A stretch of 58,329 nt of DNA, the filler included, from Platydemus manokwari (lineage: Eukaryota), in NCBI GenBank assembly GCA_037951405.1. It is 4 parts of 4 records of this genome, joined end to end, with 100 filler letters (N's around TTAATTAATTAA, not from the genome) between each part and the next. Parts side by side here need not be neighbours in the genome. Positions count along the whole stretch, not along the records: positions 12,472 to 26,311 come from JBBMOY011600297.1; positions 26,412 to 45,122 come from JBBMOY010300002.1; 2 more parts are not named here. One strand, 5' to 3'. Below are positions 13,853 to 32,800 of the stretch, in pieces; the stretch's first letter is position 1, and every line of letters begins with the position of its first letter. The notes beneath the pieces are model-generated. The model did no database searches and was not told where the DNA came from. It saw nothing but the letters and a program-made list of their open reading frames with translations. The position numbers and the translations under genes were made by a program.

Positions 13853-16800
13853 CTAAAACATTGGTTGCTCAATTATCCCATTGTTTCTATGGCCACGTGT
13901 TACCTGGTTAACTTCTTGATCTGGTAACAGCTCCACAACAGCTCTAACTTTATTGTTCAAGTTTTCGTACGCTTTTAAAGCTTCTTCATTTGAAGTAAAG
14001 TGCAACAACACCCACCTGGATGCTAGATTTGGGTGCATGTGAAGTAGGCCAGAGAAGTTGTGATTTGTAAAGACGTTCTTTAACATTTCTATATTGATAT
14101 GACTTGGTAGATCACGAATCAAAACATATGTCATGCTGGTACGATTGACACTTGAACACACACCATTCAAGCTATTGGGCAATCGATTAACGTTGTTGTT
14201 GTTCCCAACTAGAAGAAAAAAACAATTAATGGAAAAAATCAATAAATAAAATTTGAAAGAGAAATATCTGGAATTCAAACAATAATAATTTAATTTCGTG
14301 TGGAATTTCAGTAACTCCAATTCTAATCACAAATCATTACCATAACTATTAATTTGAATTAAATTGAATAAAAAATTTTTTAATTTTAGTGTCAATACTA
14401 TGATATTCAAGAGATCATTGAAATATTTGTAAATCTTACTGTTTTCACCAGAATTGTTTATTGCCACCTTATGACATTATCAATTGTTTGAACTATTAAT
14501 TTAATACATATCAATTATTTTGAAAGCTAATCTTTTATCAGTCTAGAGCTAATCCTGGCATAAAAAACGCCTATGAATCAAGGCTATAGAATATTGATCG
14601 AAACATTTTGTAATCCCATAATCTTGGTGCATAACTAGAATGGGAATAATTTTCTAATAAATCGATTTGTTTTCATAGGAACTCTATAGTCACGCTATGA
14701 GCATTATTTTATCATCGATGCGAGATATTACTTCAAATTATTTTATTATCAGACATAATAATCCTGAACTGAAGCGTCGTGAAATATAAACAAGATAAAT
14801 GTTTACAAAACATTGATTTTAAAAGTTCTATTTGTCATATAAATCACAATGATTAATATAAATGTAGCAATAATTAATATCATTCATATAAAATCTCAAA
14901 AAATTCATTCCTAACAATAGATTGGTATTATTACATTATGCAATTTATTGGTCACATCTCTGAAGATCATTTTATAATCGAAATTATTAGGCACATATAT
15001 ATGTATATACATCTTGTTTTTATGATAGAATGGAAAAGAAATACTTATAAATTGCTTATAAATTATAAATTCCCGATCAAAATATAGTTTATGTTTTGGC
15101 AGATTTGTTCATAATTTTAATAATACAATTTTAAACAAATATATTTCGGATATCTTGTTTTCCACAGATAATAAAACTCGATATAAAATTCAACATCTGA
15201 GATAATAGGAAAACTCTAGTGGGTCATAGATCTAATTGAAAAAAATATTTTGAATTTTTACACATATATATTTAATGGGAAATATATATTAATTAATTTT
15301 ATCACAATATCTTGTCAAATCTTAAACAATATCGATTATAGAATTATTATTTCAATCACAAGCACGATTTTAACAATCAATATTTGACAGTTCAATTTTT
15401 AAATATAAATTGCAAAATATAAATAATAATAGTTATAAATAGTAATAGAGTAATAATTAATTACAATGAGAATAGTAAAATTAATGAGCGTGTTGAAAAT
15501 GATGAATTGAAATATTAGAGCATATCATCATGTACTTATTGTTGATAATATTAATCATTCTCTAATCAAATATAAAAGATTATCACAATACAAATAATAA
15601 TCATAATAATAATATTCACCATCATTTGGTCCATTAAGTGAATTAACTACACTCGGGTTAGCCAACTTTTCCAAATGATCATTGGTAATAGATAATAAAC
15701 TTCTTGGTCCAGCTCCCAGTGTAACATTGGGATCATCGCGCTGTGAATAGCTGATACCAGGCCAAGGTTGACCTGGCACAAATTCCGAAATATTAGCTGA
15801 TATATGAGAGATATCTGTGGAATGTAAATAATTAACGAATCGCATCAAGTCTGTTATTAAATATTACCACGAGAGGAACTAAATGCTGAAGAGACTCTGC
15901 TTCCGATAGAGGAAGGCAGCGTTTGAGACATTGAAAGAGCAGTAGTGATTGCGCTATTAGCAGTTGAGTTGTTATTGCCAGTGGAGTCACTAGCACAGTT
16001 TGAGGTGATTTGCAATTTCGAATTAGTCGAATTGCTATTGTTTATACTGTTATTTGAGATTAAATCCATATCGTCGTTCAGATTTGGCCCGTTACTCATT
16101 GAATGAGAATCTGAGTTCGCGCTGAATGCATTGGTGACACTCGATGATGTTGTAGCAGAATTGGCATTCGGCATCACTCGAGAATGCCACATTGGGTTTG
16201 ATTGGCGATGTGTGGAAATGCAATTAATTTGAGAATTGCGATTGAAATTGTTAAATGACTGAGGAGGTAATGGTCCCCCGTTGGGAATGCTTGGATTATA
16301 AAACCCTCCAGGTTTATCCGTGCCCATGTACGGTGATATGGTGCTAGGTGAAGGCAAAGTTCCTTGAGACCAGAGATCCATGCGACTTTCTAATTAAATT
16401 TTATATATTAAAACAGGAACAATTTGACTATATAAGATATGTCTGTAACTTGTATAAATATCAATATATATATATATATGATAATATAATATAATCTATA
16501 ACTATATATATTCTCCAAAGCTGAGAAGATTGAAAATATAAAAATTTCAATTAAATTATTAAGTCAAGCTCAATGAATAAGTAAATGATAAGCTGATATT
16601 ACTTTGGAGCTTTAATTCATTCATCTGAACTGAAAGATCTGAAAGTGTCCCCGATTGAGACTGTGAAGGAACACCAGAAGCTGAAGGCTGAATTGTTCGA
16701 GAAACCATTGATAAAAGTGGGTTTGAAGAGTTTGTATTCATCATCCCATTTGGCATTTGATTATTTACCATTGACATCTGAGATCTGATAACTTTGAGGG

Positions 16801-17338
16801 TTGTCTGTTGAGTGTTAAGCTGCTGTCGAACCTCATTAAGAGTGCGAGTCATCTCCTGAATAAAGGCTTGAGATCCAGCGATTGAACGCAGACCATGAAT
16901 GCGCTGCATTAATTCTTGCTGCTTTGATTGGAGCTGGGTTATTTCACTGATGATTTGCTTTTCCAAAAGAATGTGATTATCTGATGGCATTCGATTCCCC
17001 ATAGGCATTTGCATATGTTGCATCATGTGCGGCTTTAGCGGTTGATTATTAGATGGTATCATCGATTGGGGCATATATCCTGATCCAAGCATTACTCCAT
17101 TGTCAGGTTCCACGGGATTCACTCGGAAATTTTCATGTGGCATATTCCAATCATTGCGAGATGCCATCATATTGGAGTGATTTATAGATGGATTTTTCAT
17201 ATCCATGAAAGGGCGATTTAATTCCATTGAATTATTAAACATAGTATTCTGGGAATCTTCTTTTCGAAATCCAACATTGACCATTTGTTTGGATTTCGTA
17301 TTTAAAGCCATGCGATTATTTGGTATCATATTCACATT
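13853..17338 (-). CDS. TNRC6: GW182/TNRC6 (gawky)-family miRNA effector, C-terminal ~600 aa, 5' part not found
   Basis: Exons 17338-16603, 16389-15868, 15814-15620, 14208-13853 in phase (1809 nt). Degenerate UBA (QMVNVGFRKED), Q/M/N-rich region, CIM-1-like KSRMDLW, PAM2 SEFVPGQPWPG...DDPNVT (cf. human EFRPGEPWKG...DPYVT) and C-terminal RRM (YVLIRDLPSHINIEMLK...VLLHFTSNEEALKAYENLN), all in GW182 order. Confidence 0.85.
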
Positions 17339-18396
17339 CTAAATCATTGAAAATATTAAAAACCCAATTGATATTACCATATAAACAAGACTATGTATTC
17401 CAATAAAATTAAAAATTTAGAAAAAAAATGTAAGACACTTATACACCATAAGCACTATAATCAAAGCAGAAAATTAATCATAAAATTTTCAGCAATAAAT
17501 ATATAATATAATTATAGATCACAATGAAAAAATTTCAATATAAATCGTGAAAATTTTGAAATAGTATTGAAATCATTAAATACACTTATAATATTGCGTA
17601 GGTTATTTCTATTTGTTGATAATAAAATATTTAGCACGCATTAAATTAAGTGTAGACAAGTCATGAAAGAAAGGACATTTGGTACGATAAGTGACCGCAT
17701 AACAAGTTCGAAAATCACAATTTTGTTAGTTAATAATTATGGATGAAATAATTTTATTATTATCATGCGCGAATTTGCATATTAGAATTCGTAATGCTAT
17801 GTGATCTAATCTCTACAGAATATCAGAATAAACAATAACTTATTTTATCAAGCAATTAAAATAAATCTTGATGGAAATTACTGAAATAAATTCTCATCCA
17901 GCAAATATCAAAAACATTTTATGAAAAACTTTCAAATCTATTTGATTATTTCAATCTAGCTATGTTTTCATCTGATTTTCAATTATATTCACATTAACAA
18001 TGCCATTATAATACAAATAGTGATGATTAAAACCGTAATTGTGAATCAGTGAATTAAAATTAATCCAAAAATTGATTAAAAAAATAATTTTAAGATAAGA
18101 AAATATTGGAATACGATTTTTATATTATTATATTGAAAATACTAGTCAGTATCCATTTCATTAACATAGAAAAGTTAATAAAGGTTTTGTAATCATTCAA
18201 TATAAAATTTGTCACAAATTTGATTCCACATCATTAATTTATGGAACGATTTGATATTAATTGACAGTTCTAGGAAATATACCTGTTATGTTATTTTAAC
18301 CGAAAATCATGTATCTTGAAGCACTATTTTTAAAGCCATTTTCTGAACATCCACTTTGAAATTCATTTCAATTTTTATCATAAATCATTTATTTAG

Positions 18397-21300
18397 AGGT
18401 TCACCATTGAAGCAAGCAGATAAGAAAGCTGTTTTACAAAGAGTTGAAGATTTCTTGCACACTTTGATTATGACGATATTTTTCCGACATCGAGCGTCTG
18501 TGGGTAAATCTATTACAAAAGAAGATATTTATGCACACATAATATTTCATATATTGTGTATGAAACCAATATCACACAGTAAATTGATGAAGAAGCTCAA
18601 TCCTGCATTACAAAAGTATCCGAAAGGTAACTTAATGGAAATTATCGATAAAGTAGCAGATCAAAGCCTGAATTCTCAAATTGTAATATTCAGTGCTAAA
18701 AAATCTTTACTTGCGAAACACTTTGATAGATATTCTCCACATTACTCAATACAAGATCGAAATGAAGTAAAAGACTGTGCAAGTTGTTTTAATAATATTG
18801 ACAAGTTTTTTCTAAAAGGCTGAGTTATGGGTTCAAAATTGTTTTAAAAAAGATGACCTACCTACAGCGATGAATCCACCAATACCCATAGATTTATCTG
18901 ATGATTGCCTATCTTTATACAATTACGTATCAAATGAATGCTTTGGAGAAATTCTGAATAAGATTTTATATTTCTGTATAACAAAAGCAAATGGAGATTG
19001 TTGGACAGATACAATTCTGGATATGGTTCTTTATTTGATTGGATCATGTTTGTTGGAAGACATAAAAGTTCTAGAATCGTAAGATATTCTTTTGTTCATA
19101 AATCAATATTTCGGCTAAAGTTAAGAAAATGAGTCCTAAAACAAAATTTTTAATTTGTTGAGTGTATTGCAAAAATCTATATAGTTTATTTGATTATATT
19201 CTTAAAAAACAATTTGAATTATTAAATTAAATACTTAAGAAGAATTTTAGTTGTCTGAAATGAAATATTAAATACACTAGATCCTCAAAATCTCCTAAAA
19301 TTTGATTATCTTAAAGTAGGTCATAGAATGTCAATTTTCAATTTATTAGCAAGGACTCCTTTTTAAAATTAGAATTAAATTGAGAGGTGCTTTATATATT
19401 GAAATTAATGTTAATTTGCTATTGCTCAATCCAATAACATTCCTCTTTAAGTATACAGAATACAAGTTATTACCTAGTATTATTTCATAAAATATTAGTT
19501 GATAATGAATTCTAAAAGTTAAACTAGGAAAGTATATTTTATCAATTGATCATTTATATATTTTTTAATATTTATTTTCTATTTTAAAATATTATTCGAT
19601 TTCAAAATCCTCACACAAATAAAAATATCTTGAACATAGTATAATGTGCTGATTTTATATTAATGAAAAGCTAATAATTTTATTTACAAATATTTAAACT
19701 TTGATTACTGCAATGTTGTTGGTTTTTTTTAAACATATTTATCATTTAAGTGTTGTTTTAGTAAATTTGATTCTATAGTCATAGTGTAATCAAATAGACA
19801 TTTGTCATTTAAAGGAAAGACATTACTTGGATAAATTTTTTTATGCATTTAGGGCTAAATACTATTATTTCTAAAATTAATTCTAGAAAAATTAATGAAA
19901 TATTTTATGAATTAACCAATTGAAAATTATTCTGGGAAATTTAATTCCGGTTAAAAATACGAATCCATACCTTATTTTATTTTGCTTCTATTATTTTAAG
20001 GGGAAATATTTCTTCTTTTCTGCATCTTTAGGCAACTGAGTGGGATTTACGACATGGTTATTTTCTATCAATAAAAGGTAAAGCACCGAAATCTTATATA
20101 AAATATTTGACAATTTTTTTAAAACTAAAAATAACTAATATTTACATAAACTGAATAATATTGCCTTCGTGTTTTATCGTGTAAACATAACATTGGCACA
20201 ATAATAACCATTATAAAATATCAAAATTATTTAGGCTCTTATTCATTGTGGCCTTTAAATGTTAATTTTCATCAACTGATTAAAGTTGTTAAAAATTTCA
20301 ATTATATTTTTTAGATCTCCAGAAAACGCGAGGCCATTGTTTATTGATACAGTTACCAATAAAGGTCCCAGTGTTGATATCATTGGTAATTTAGAGTTAT
20401 TATGCGATAAAATAACTTGTGATCATCAACTTGAGTTAATAAAGTAGGTGTTTTATTTTTAAATCATTATTATTTGTCATTTTGTATTATACTACTTATA
20501 TTCGTTTAATATGGAGATTTTACAATTGACTGTTTTATAAATTTTCAAAACGATCATATATTCATTAATAATGTATTTAATACAATTTAATTTGTATAAC
20601 GCATTTTGGATTGCTTTTAGCAACACAAATGAAATACAGATTTTTGTTTTGTGTTTTTAAAAAAACGAGTGGGTAGAAAACTTTTTTCTGAAAGACTTAT
20701 TGAAAATAAATGTTACCTGAATTATATGTCAGTGATTCATTTGTCAAAAATGGAATTCAAAATTATAACATTTGTGGATTAAGTTTTGAAATATATTCAT
20801 ATTATACAGTTTCGGTACTTTCGAAATTAAAGTGGTTACGAAGATCTGATAATATTTTATTAATCATTCTTCATTTACTAGAAACACAATTTAATTGGAA
20901 GTAAAAATCTCTTGTATCTTTTCTTGCCGACCGCATAAAATATAAACTTTATATATATATGTGTGTGCTTGTGTGCTAGAAGAATAAATCGGGTCCTTTG
21001 AATTTATTTGGATTATTAATGGTTATTTGTTATAGTATAGCATTTTTATATTAAATTTAATCTTTGTTCTAACATTAACATATTTTAATATTAAATTAAG
21101 TTGAGCTTAAATAAAATAAATCTCAAATATAATTTATTATAGATGGACTATTAGGAAGTGGAATGATATTATTCGAATTAAAACGTTCGGAATTTCAGAT
21201 TCCAATCTTACAGACAACAAAATGGATACTGAAATGGTGGATAAAGATAGTGGGATAGATAACGCTCAGGTGTTACACCAAGTAAGAATTAAATTGAAAT

Positions 21301-24300
21301 ATTTCCTAATTATATTGAGAAAATATATTTTAACGATAATTCGGATTTAGATATGTTATTATGTAGTTTACAGATCTATTTGTTTACGTTTACTTGCACT
21401 TGTTTGTATATTCTACTTTTTAGGCAAAAGTTGCAAAGGCAGATGCAGCGAAAAAGAGAAGAGAACAATTGATGAGCAAAATGTGGAATATGCAAAAGAA
21501 ATTTATTAATGAAAATTCTGAGCTACTTGTAGAGAACGCAGATATTGTAGCTACTTTGATTCAGAAGTCAAAGCGTTATAGTTATTTTTTAGGAGGCTAG
21601 TACGACTAAAGATTGCATTGATTCTCATACGAGAATATCAAAAGAGCGAGATTTAACTTGTATTCTTTGTCAAGAAAGAAACAGCGAGGATAATAAAGAT
21701 AGACCAATAGTCCTTATTGCGGGAGCTTGGAGATCTTCGGTGTTGGCTAAGCATCCTATTATCAATAAAGTGATGGATCAACCTAAAGCATCTGTTTCTT
21801 CTAATCCAACCAGTGCTTCAGAAAATAATTTGAATGAAACAAATGAGACAATTTTACCTGTAAGAACATTTTTATTAATTTGTTACTTGAATTGTCTAAA
21901 TTGAATTATTATTTGTTAAAATATAAATGTTTCAATTATTCTTCCAGGTATGGACAAATACCACTGATGAGGATGGTAACGAAATCTATCCTGTTACAAC
22001 ACGATCAGTTATTTCAATGTTGGATCATGCAGAAGAAACATTTATTACAACTTGTGGTCATGTCATGCATTATGATTGCAAAACGAGCTACATGAAAGAT
22101 ATGGTCAAACAGCGGCAAAATATAGCTAGAACTAAAGGGGTTATGTATCCAAGAATCTATAATCGATGCCCTTTATGCAAATGCGTTTGCAACATTGATA
22201 TTCCTATCATTAAAACCGAATTGGATTACGAAAATGTTACTTCAGATAATGCTCCTGTCATATCATTCGAATCTTGGATTGATAAATTTATTCACTGGAC
22301 ACCGACTATTGCTTGTCACTGTGGAGCAGATATCAAGAAAGTTGATGGATCAATTCGTTGGTGGAATAAGGTAAATTAAATATTATCTTGTTTGACTTTA
22401 AATATATAACTAATGAAAATCAATATTAATTTAAGAAAATATACTTAAAATCTTTCTTTTTTAGTTTTATTTTTTAGTATATTTATAGTTGATGGATATT
22501 CCATTTCACACCCTTTGAAAAATAATCAGTATTGAATATATTGATTAGGAAATACCTCTAATTTCATGTCTAAAGCTAATTCAATTAAGTTAACTGAAAT
22601 TGGGAAAAAATTGCATAGATTTTCATCAAATTTGTAAAATTAAAATAACTTAAAAAAATTAATTTCATTGTCAAAAGTACCATCTAAATATATTGTATTC
22701 AGACATATATAACTTTGGTTTACTAATCCAATTCTATTAGAGAATCAATTTTATTCAAAAAATAGCTTTTTTCCAATATACATACATAGAATATTTCGTT
22801 TCTTTGGACTATTGATCATTAATTTAAAAATATTTGTTCACCTTTGATTTTTTAAGCTATTAAATAGGAAATATTAACAACAATTCTAAATGATTTATGA
22901 AATACATTTTAAATTACTAAATTTAGTTATCAAATAATTTTTATGATTTTTGAAGGGCACATTGATATAGATTCATAATTAAGTTAACAAAGGTTTTCGT
23001 GGGTTCGAATCAAAATGTGCGCTAATTACTAGATGATGAATTTGAGATATAAGATAAGAATGAGTTTAAAATTTGAGATTTTCATTAGTTACATTGACAA
23101 GCTTTCATGACTCTAAAATGATCTTCATTAATAGAAGCTGTTTAGTTGTTCAAATAAATTTTAAGATTTAATTATGTGGTTATATAATGAATTATATCAA
23201 AAATATTTCAGTTATATTTTTATTTTCCACTTTAAAGTGCTGCTTGAAATTATTTGGTGTATATTATATTATTCCAAGGAAATGAGTCTAGATTTGATTA
23301 AAAATCGTTTCATAACCAGGTTTATCTTATCAAAATAAATATTTCGCTCTAATGAAAGAAAGCTTATAAATGAATTTTACATTTCAAAATGTAACCTTTA
23401 ATTATTTCATTTTTTAATAATTGATAAAACTATTGAAAATTCATGTTTAATTGGCATTGTAATATGATATTTATTATAACAATCCCTTCATAGATAGGAA
23501 CTCAGTTGTCTAATTTCATGAAATTGAATTCGTCAATAAAGGGAAATGATTCTTCTGCTACAGATGATGATTTAATATCCTGTTTGGCTTATCGAACATC
23601 TCTGGCTATAAAATTACAACCGACTAATTTATCCAAAGAGACTTATAAAAATTTCGAAAATGTTCGAAGCAGCATATCAGAAAGCTCTTCCCAAGAATTA
23701 ATCGAACTTGATTATGCTGTCATCTACACGCTTTCCGTTTGGGAAAAGGTATGCTTTATTTTTTTTATAACGGCAAATAATAATTTTTGTAATGGTGGAC
23801 TTTTTCTTTGAGATATGGTACGAAGCAGATTTAATTTTTTTAATCCGACCAATTTAGATAATGACTAAACAGAATTATTCACTTTTATTGGATGTTCCAG
23901 AACGCCATGTGGATGGTTTGAAGTGTTTGATCAAAGCTGTTTGTAAATCCCACAAATATTTTACAAATTCGGAATCAGTTAGTCGTGAATGCCAATCATT
24001 TTTCATGTTTTTACGACAAATGTTGTTTGATTGTAATACACCCGGTTTAAACAAAGCTTGGTTAGATTTGAATAAATTTCAAGTTCCACTGTTCATATTG
24101 GAGGTATCGTATTTCTTGTTACCATTTAACCGGGTGATGATAAGTATTTGTTAGGTCGATTTTATATATGTACTCGGATCATTACTGTTTCTCAGAAACT
24201 CTCTTCCCGTACAAGAAGAAAATAGCAATCAGAAAGAATTTTTGGACAGCCGAAATTACAATTTCTATGTTGTTCGATTTATATATCAATTTGCTTCTGT

Positions 24301-25488
24301 TCAAGCTTTGTTATCGTTGGAAAATACCAATGTCTATAACATTGATGTTGCATTAGGCCAATTGAAAACCCATTCTCCGCAGATCTGGTCAAATGTATAT
24401 CAATTATTAAATATTTACTACATCTGAACATTGTTATGTTAGGAAAATATCTATAATCTTTATCTACTACGAGAATCATTGGGCTGTAAATTCAATTATC
24501 GGAATAGAAAAAATTTAAGATCAGATGAAGTTGCTGTATGTTTTTCCCGATCATTATTACCTTTTCTCAGAATTACTGCTTTTCTTTTGCATGAAATGGG
24601 TTCAATAACTATTCCTACCAGTTTCGGTAATCTCTAACTTTTGTTATTTGGTAGTACTTTTTTTTATCTCTTATTGCAGCTCATTCTGATGCCGAGTTCA
24701 ATGATCTCATTAAGATTCTTAATCTGGATTTGGTTCCTTTTGAAATACAAAGTTTTCCCACCTATATTGATAATCATCTCAAACTTATCAGTGATTCCAA
24801 ATCAGTCGAACCAAAAACGTTTTGGAATACTTCTTTACCTCATATTATGCCAGAGTCTCTACCGAAATTGATTGATTTGCCAAGAGAATTTACGGATGTA
24901 ATAACACTGGGTCTGGATAGAGGGTTAGATTTTCGTGATTTGCATCAGTATAATGGAGTATAATTTCAAAGCTTGCATTCTAGTTTATTACTTAAGATAT
25001 TCCTATTAAATATCGATTTATTTATTTAGGTGCTCTCTTAGTCAAAAAGCAACCGGAACTGTCTCAGAGATGTCAATTTGTTTAATTTGTGGAATTACTG
25101 TTTGTCTGAGTGGGTATTGCTGTAGAAGGAGAGAAGAGCCCTCTGGAGCAATAATCAGTGGTGCTCAAATACATTCTATACAGTGTCATGAGGGTTACTC
25201 GCTATTCTTAAATATTAGAAATTCCAAGGTTGTTGTGTTTTTCTATCAAGCTCGGTGGCAAATTTCTTTGGATCCCGTGTATATGGATAAATTCGGAGAG
25301 ACTGATATAGATTTACAGTATTTTTTTTCATTAAACGTTTAATTTCATGTTTTTTGAATTTGCCTAGGCGTGGAAACCCCTTGTTTCTAAATTCAGAAGC
25401 TTATGCTAAACTAGAAAGAAGTTGGCTTGATCACAGTATTGGTTGCATTGTTAATGAGGGATTTTTCTCCAATGATTTTTTTGTGTAA
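18397..25488 (+). CDS. UBR1/UBR2-type N-degron E3 ubiquitin ligase, central and C-terminal part (UBR box and N-domain absent)
   Basis: About 14 in-phase exons (approx. 18397-18766, 18819-19078, 20315-20443, 21143-21281, 21424-21546, 21593-21859, 21948-22370, 23494-23748, 23858-24103, 24155-24394, 24443-24627, 24680-24923, 25030-25317, 25368-25488). Motifs: HILCMKPISHSKL, KKRREQLMSKMWNMQKKFI, split RING-H2 CILCQE...CGHVMHYDC...CPLCK, LPFLRITAF, LIDLP, CLICG, YMDKFGETD...RGNPLFL. Confidence 0.92.
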
Positions 25489-26311
25489 TAAGGGAACATT
25501 GTGAATATTGGTGATTAACTTCTGCCCCATCCATATAGTTGTACCATGGTTTTTATTTGACAATACATTGCCTGATCAGATCTAAATGATGATTCAAACT
25601 TTATATCACTTATGCGCGCCTCTTAGCATCATGTAATACCGTCAATAAAAACGTGTTCTCAATTTGATATAATTCAAATAGAAGCAATGTTTCCGTGATT
25701 TGATTTTTTTTTCATTTGTGTATTACACACTGGTAACGGTTGAATAGGTTGTGATATTAAAAATTATAAGCGATATTAATGTTGTTAATGGTGATAGTAA
25801 TAATTATATTATTAATTGCAGCGATGATAATTTCTAAGTTTATAAATGTGAATTTATGTTCCATTGGTGAAACAGAAAGTGGATTTTATATACTTCTGAT
25901 AAATCAGGAATTTTATTTATATAAGTTATCAAACAATATTCTATGGATAATAAATGACAACGCTGATACACGAAATAACAATCTATTTCGATGAAAAATA
26001 TCAGTTGCAATTCTTTTACACTTTTTATGGTAACGTTAGATTTCTGGTTAATCGATTTATTCTCTTCATAAGATAGTTAAAATAAATTTAATGGAATACT
26101 ACGTACTGATTTTATATTTTTAAATCATCTGGTACGAGATTTATTTAAAAGGATGGCATGGAAACTCTTAGTAATGTATTTTAAAGTAATTTCAAATTCT
26201 ACTGGCTGCAAATAAAATACAAATCAAAGTACAACGGAATCTTTATTATAGGAAACGATATAAATTACAATACATATTGTAGTCAAATACTAAACTTTGA
26301 TAAGAAGATTT

Positions 26312-26411
26312 NNNNNNNNNNNNNNNNNNNNNNNNNNNNNNNNNNNNNNNNNNNNTTAATTAATTAANNNNNNNNNNNNNNNNNNNNNNNNNNNNNNNNN
26401 NNNNNNNNNNN
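26312..26411. other. Artificial contig spacer
   Basis: 44N-TTAATTAATTAA-44N. Confidence 0.95.
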
Positions 26412-27177
26412 TGATATAATTTATTAAATATGAGTCTATGATTTGACTATTATATTGTTTCATTTTTAATCCATGTCGTAACAATGTTGAATTGATTTGA
26501 TATTAACATTTTTCAACATAAAAAAGTATTCCACCACAATATTTATCATTTGATATTTATTCATAAATTAAAAGTAACCCACTTTTCTTGATATAAAAAA
26601 AAGAAAATAATCTCACCTCTTTTCTCATCAACATGATAATTAAATAATTATTATTATGAATATAATTATATTATTATAAATTGAATATGTTAACCCGAAT
26701 ATTGTGATATTTATAATGTAAGCACAATTTAGGTGTGGGGTTTGAAAAGGTGTATAAAAGAAATTGTATCACATTATTAATTAATATAATCGCTTAATAG
26801 AATATCATGTATATAAAATATCTTATTTATTGATACTATAATATATATTCTCATCGTATTTTATTAAATATTTGAAAATACACTTCCTTAATTGATGTTA
26901 TATCTGGTAATTTTCCTTATTTTTATTCATTAAAGCTTATATTTCTTATACTGTTTATGTAAATATCTATAGAATTGGTAACCGTTTTCTGTAATTTGAA
27001 ATTGAATTCAATATTGGTATTGATTTTTCCAATAATTAATCTCCATAATTTTGCTTTTTTAGTTGTCATACGTATTTGTTTTCTACAATTCTCGATAAGA
27101 TTGATCCATTTTGGAAATCATTGATTTAGTTTACATTTATTTATTCTTTATAATAAATGATTATTTATTTGATTTAG

Positions 27178-31842
<4,665 letters not shown>

Positions 31843-32637
31843 TGATGTTGATGATGTCGATGATGTTGATGTCTTTTTCAGATAGAAAGGCTTTTAAAAT
31901 TGATATATAAATATTATTTGTGAATTGTATTGGTTGAAATATAGAACTCGTCTTTTTTCTATTTTTGTTTTCAATACAAATTTGACATTAAAATACTTTA
32001 ATAAATTTAATCACAAAATGCTTAATATTTATTCAGGAACAAATTCATTGTTATGCGATTTAAGATTTGGCAGTGGAAATTCATTAATTTTGTTTCTTCA
32101 TTTTCACTTAACATATGGAAGTATTTGTTGAGTTGTCATTTATATTTTCAATCAATAAATCAATCAATCGCTACACTTTTATCTTTACATATTTAGACAT
32201 TGTATTAAAAGGACAAAATTCATGTTTTGGTTATTTAAATAAGTTTTTCTTAATATGAGCCCTTATGGAAAAATATTAGTTTCTTTTTTTCTTCATTTTG
32301 ATATATTTAAGGTTAGAATTACGTAATCAAATTTGTTGAATTTCTTTTGTTGAACTCAGAAATAGACGTTGTATTAAACTTGTTTATTATTTAAAAATAA
32401 AGATTATTATGTAACAATACTTTTTAGGTTGGATTGGAATTGTGGATTGCGTGGCCACAAGGGAGCACCATAAAGGGGAATGAGATGACCCAATGAACAG
32501 GTGTAGATTTCATATCAAGATAGAGTACTGAATTCACACCGTCCGATTGAGAGAGAGAAAGCAAAAAGGGATTATTCGATCAGCTTCTCATAAAGTCTGA
32601 TTGGATTGTCGAGTTATATTTTTGCAGTAATTGACAA

Positions 32638-32800
32638 AAAGAATTCTAAAAGGAACTTGTTTCAACAATTCGACCTTACCCTTTTCGACATTCTGAATAT
32701 AAGTTATTTGTGGTGCACAAGGGTTACACAAAAAGTGTAATAGCAAAATGACTTCCATAAGCAAACCAACAATTACCAAATGGTGACAATTTTTATTAAA
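32638..32800 (-). repeat. Dispersed repeat family B copy 2
   Basis: Inverted match to 4000-4132. Confidence 0.7.

Noticed and set aside
18767-18823. Apparent in-frame stops in UBR ORFs suggesting readthrough or a variant genetic code
   Set aside because: All are removed by short GT-AG introns with consistent phase, so the standard code fits.
32420-32779. ORF 32588..32779, an LPCGHAIH RING-like peptide and an in-frame TGA (possible Sec)
   Set aside because: Overlaps or adjoins a dispersed repeat also found at 4000-4132. No complete RING, no SECIS and no consistent exon chain.
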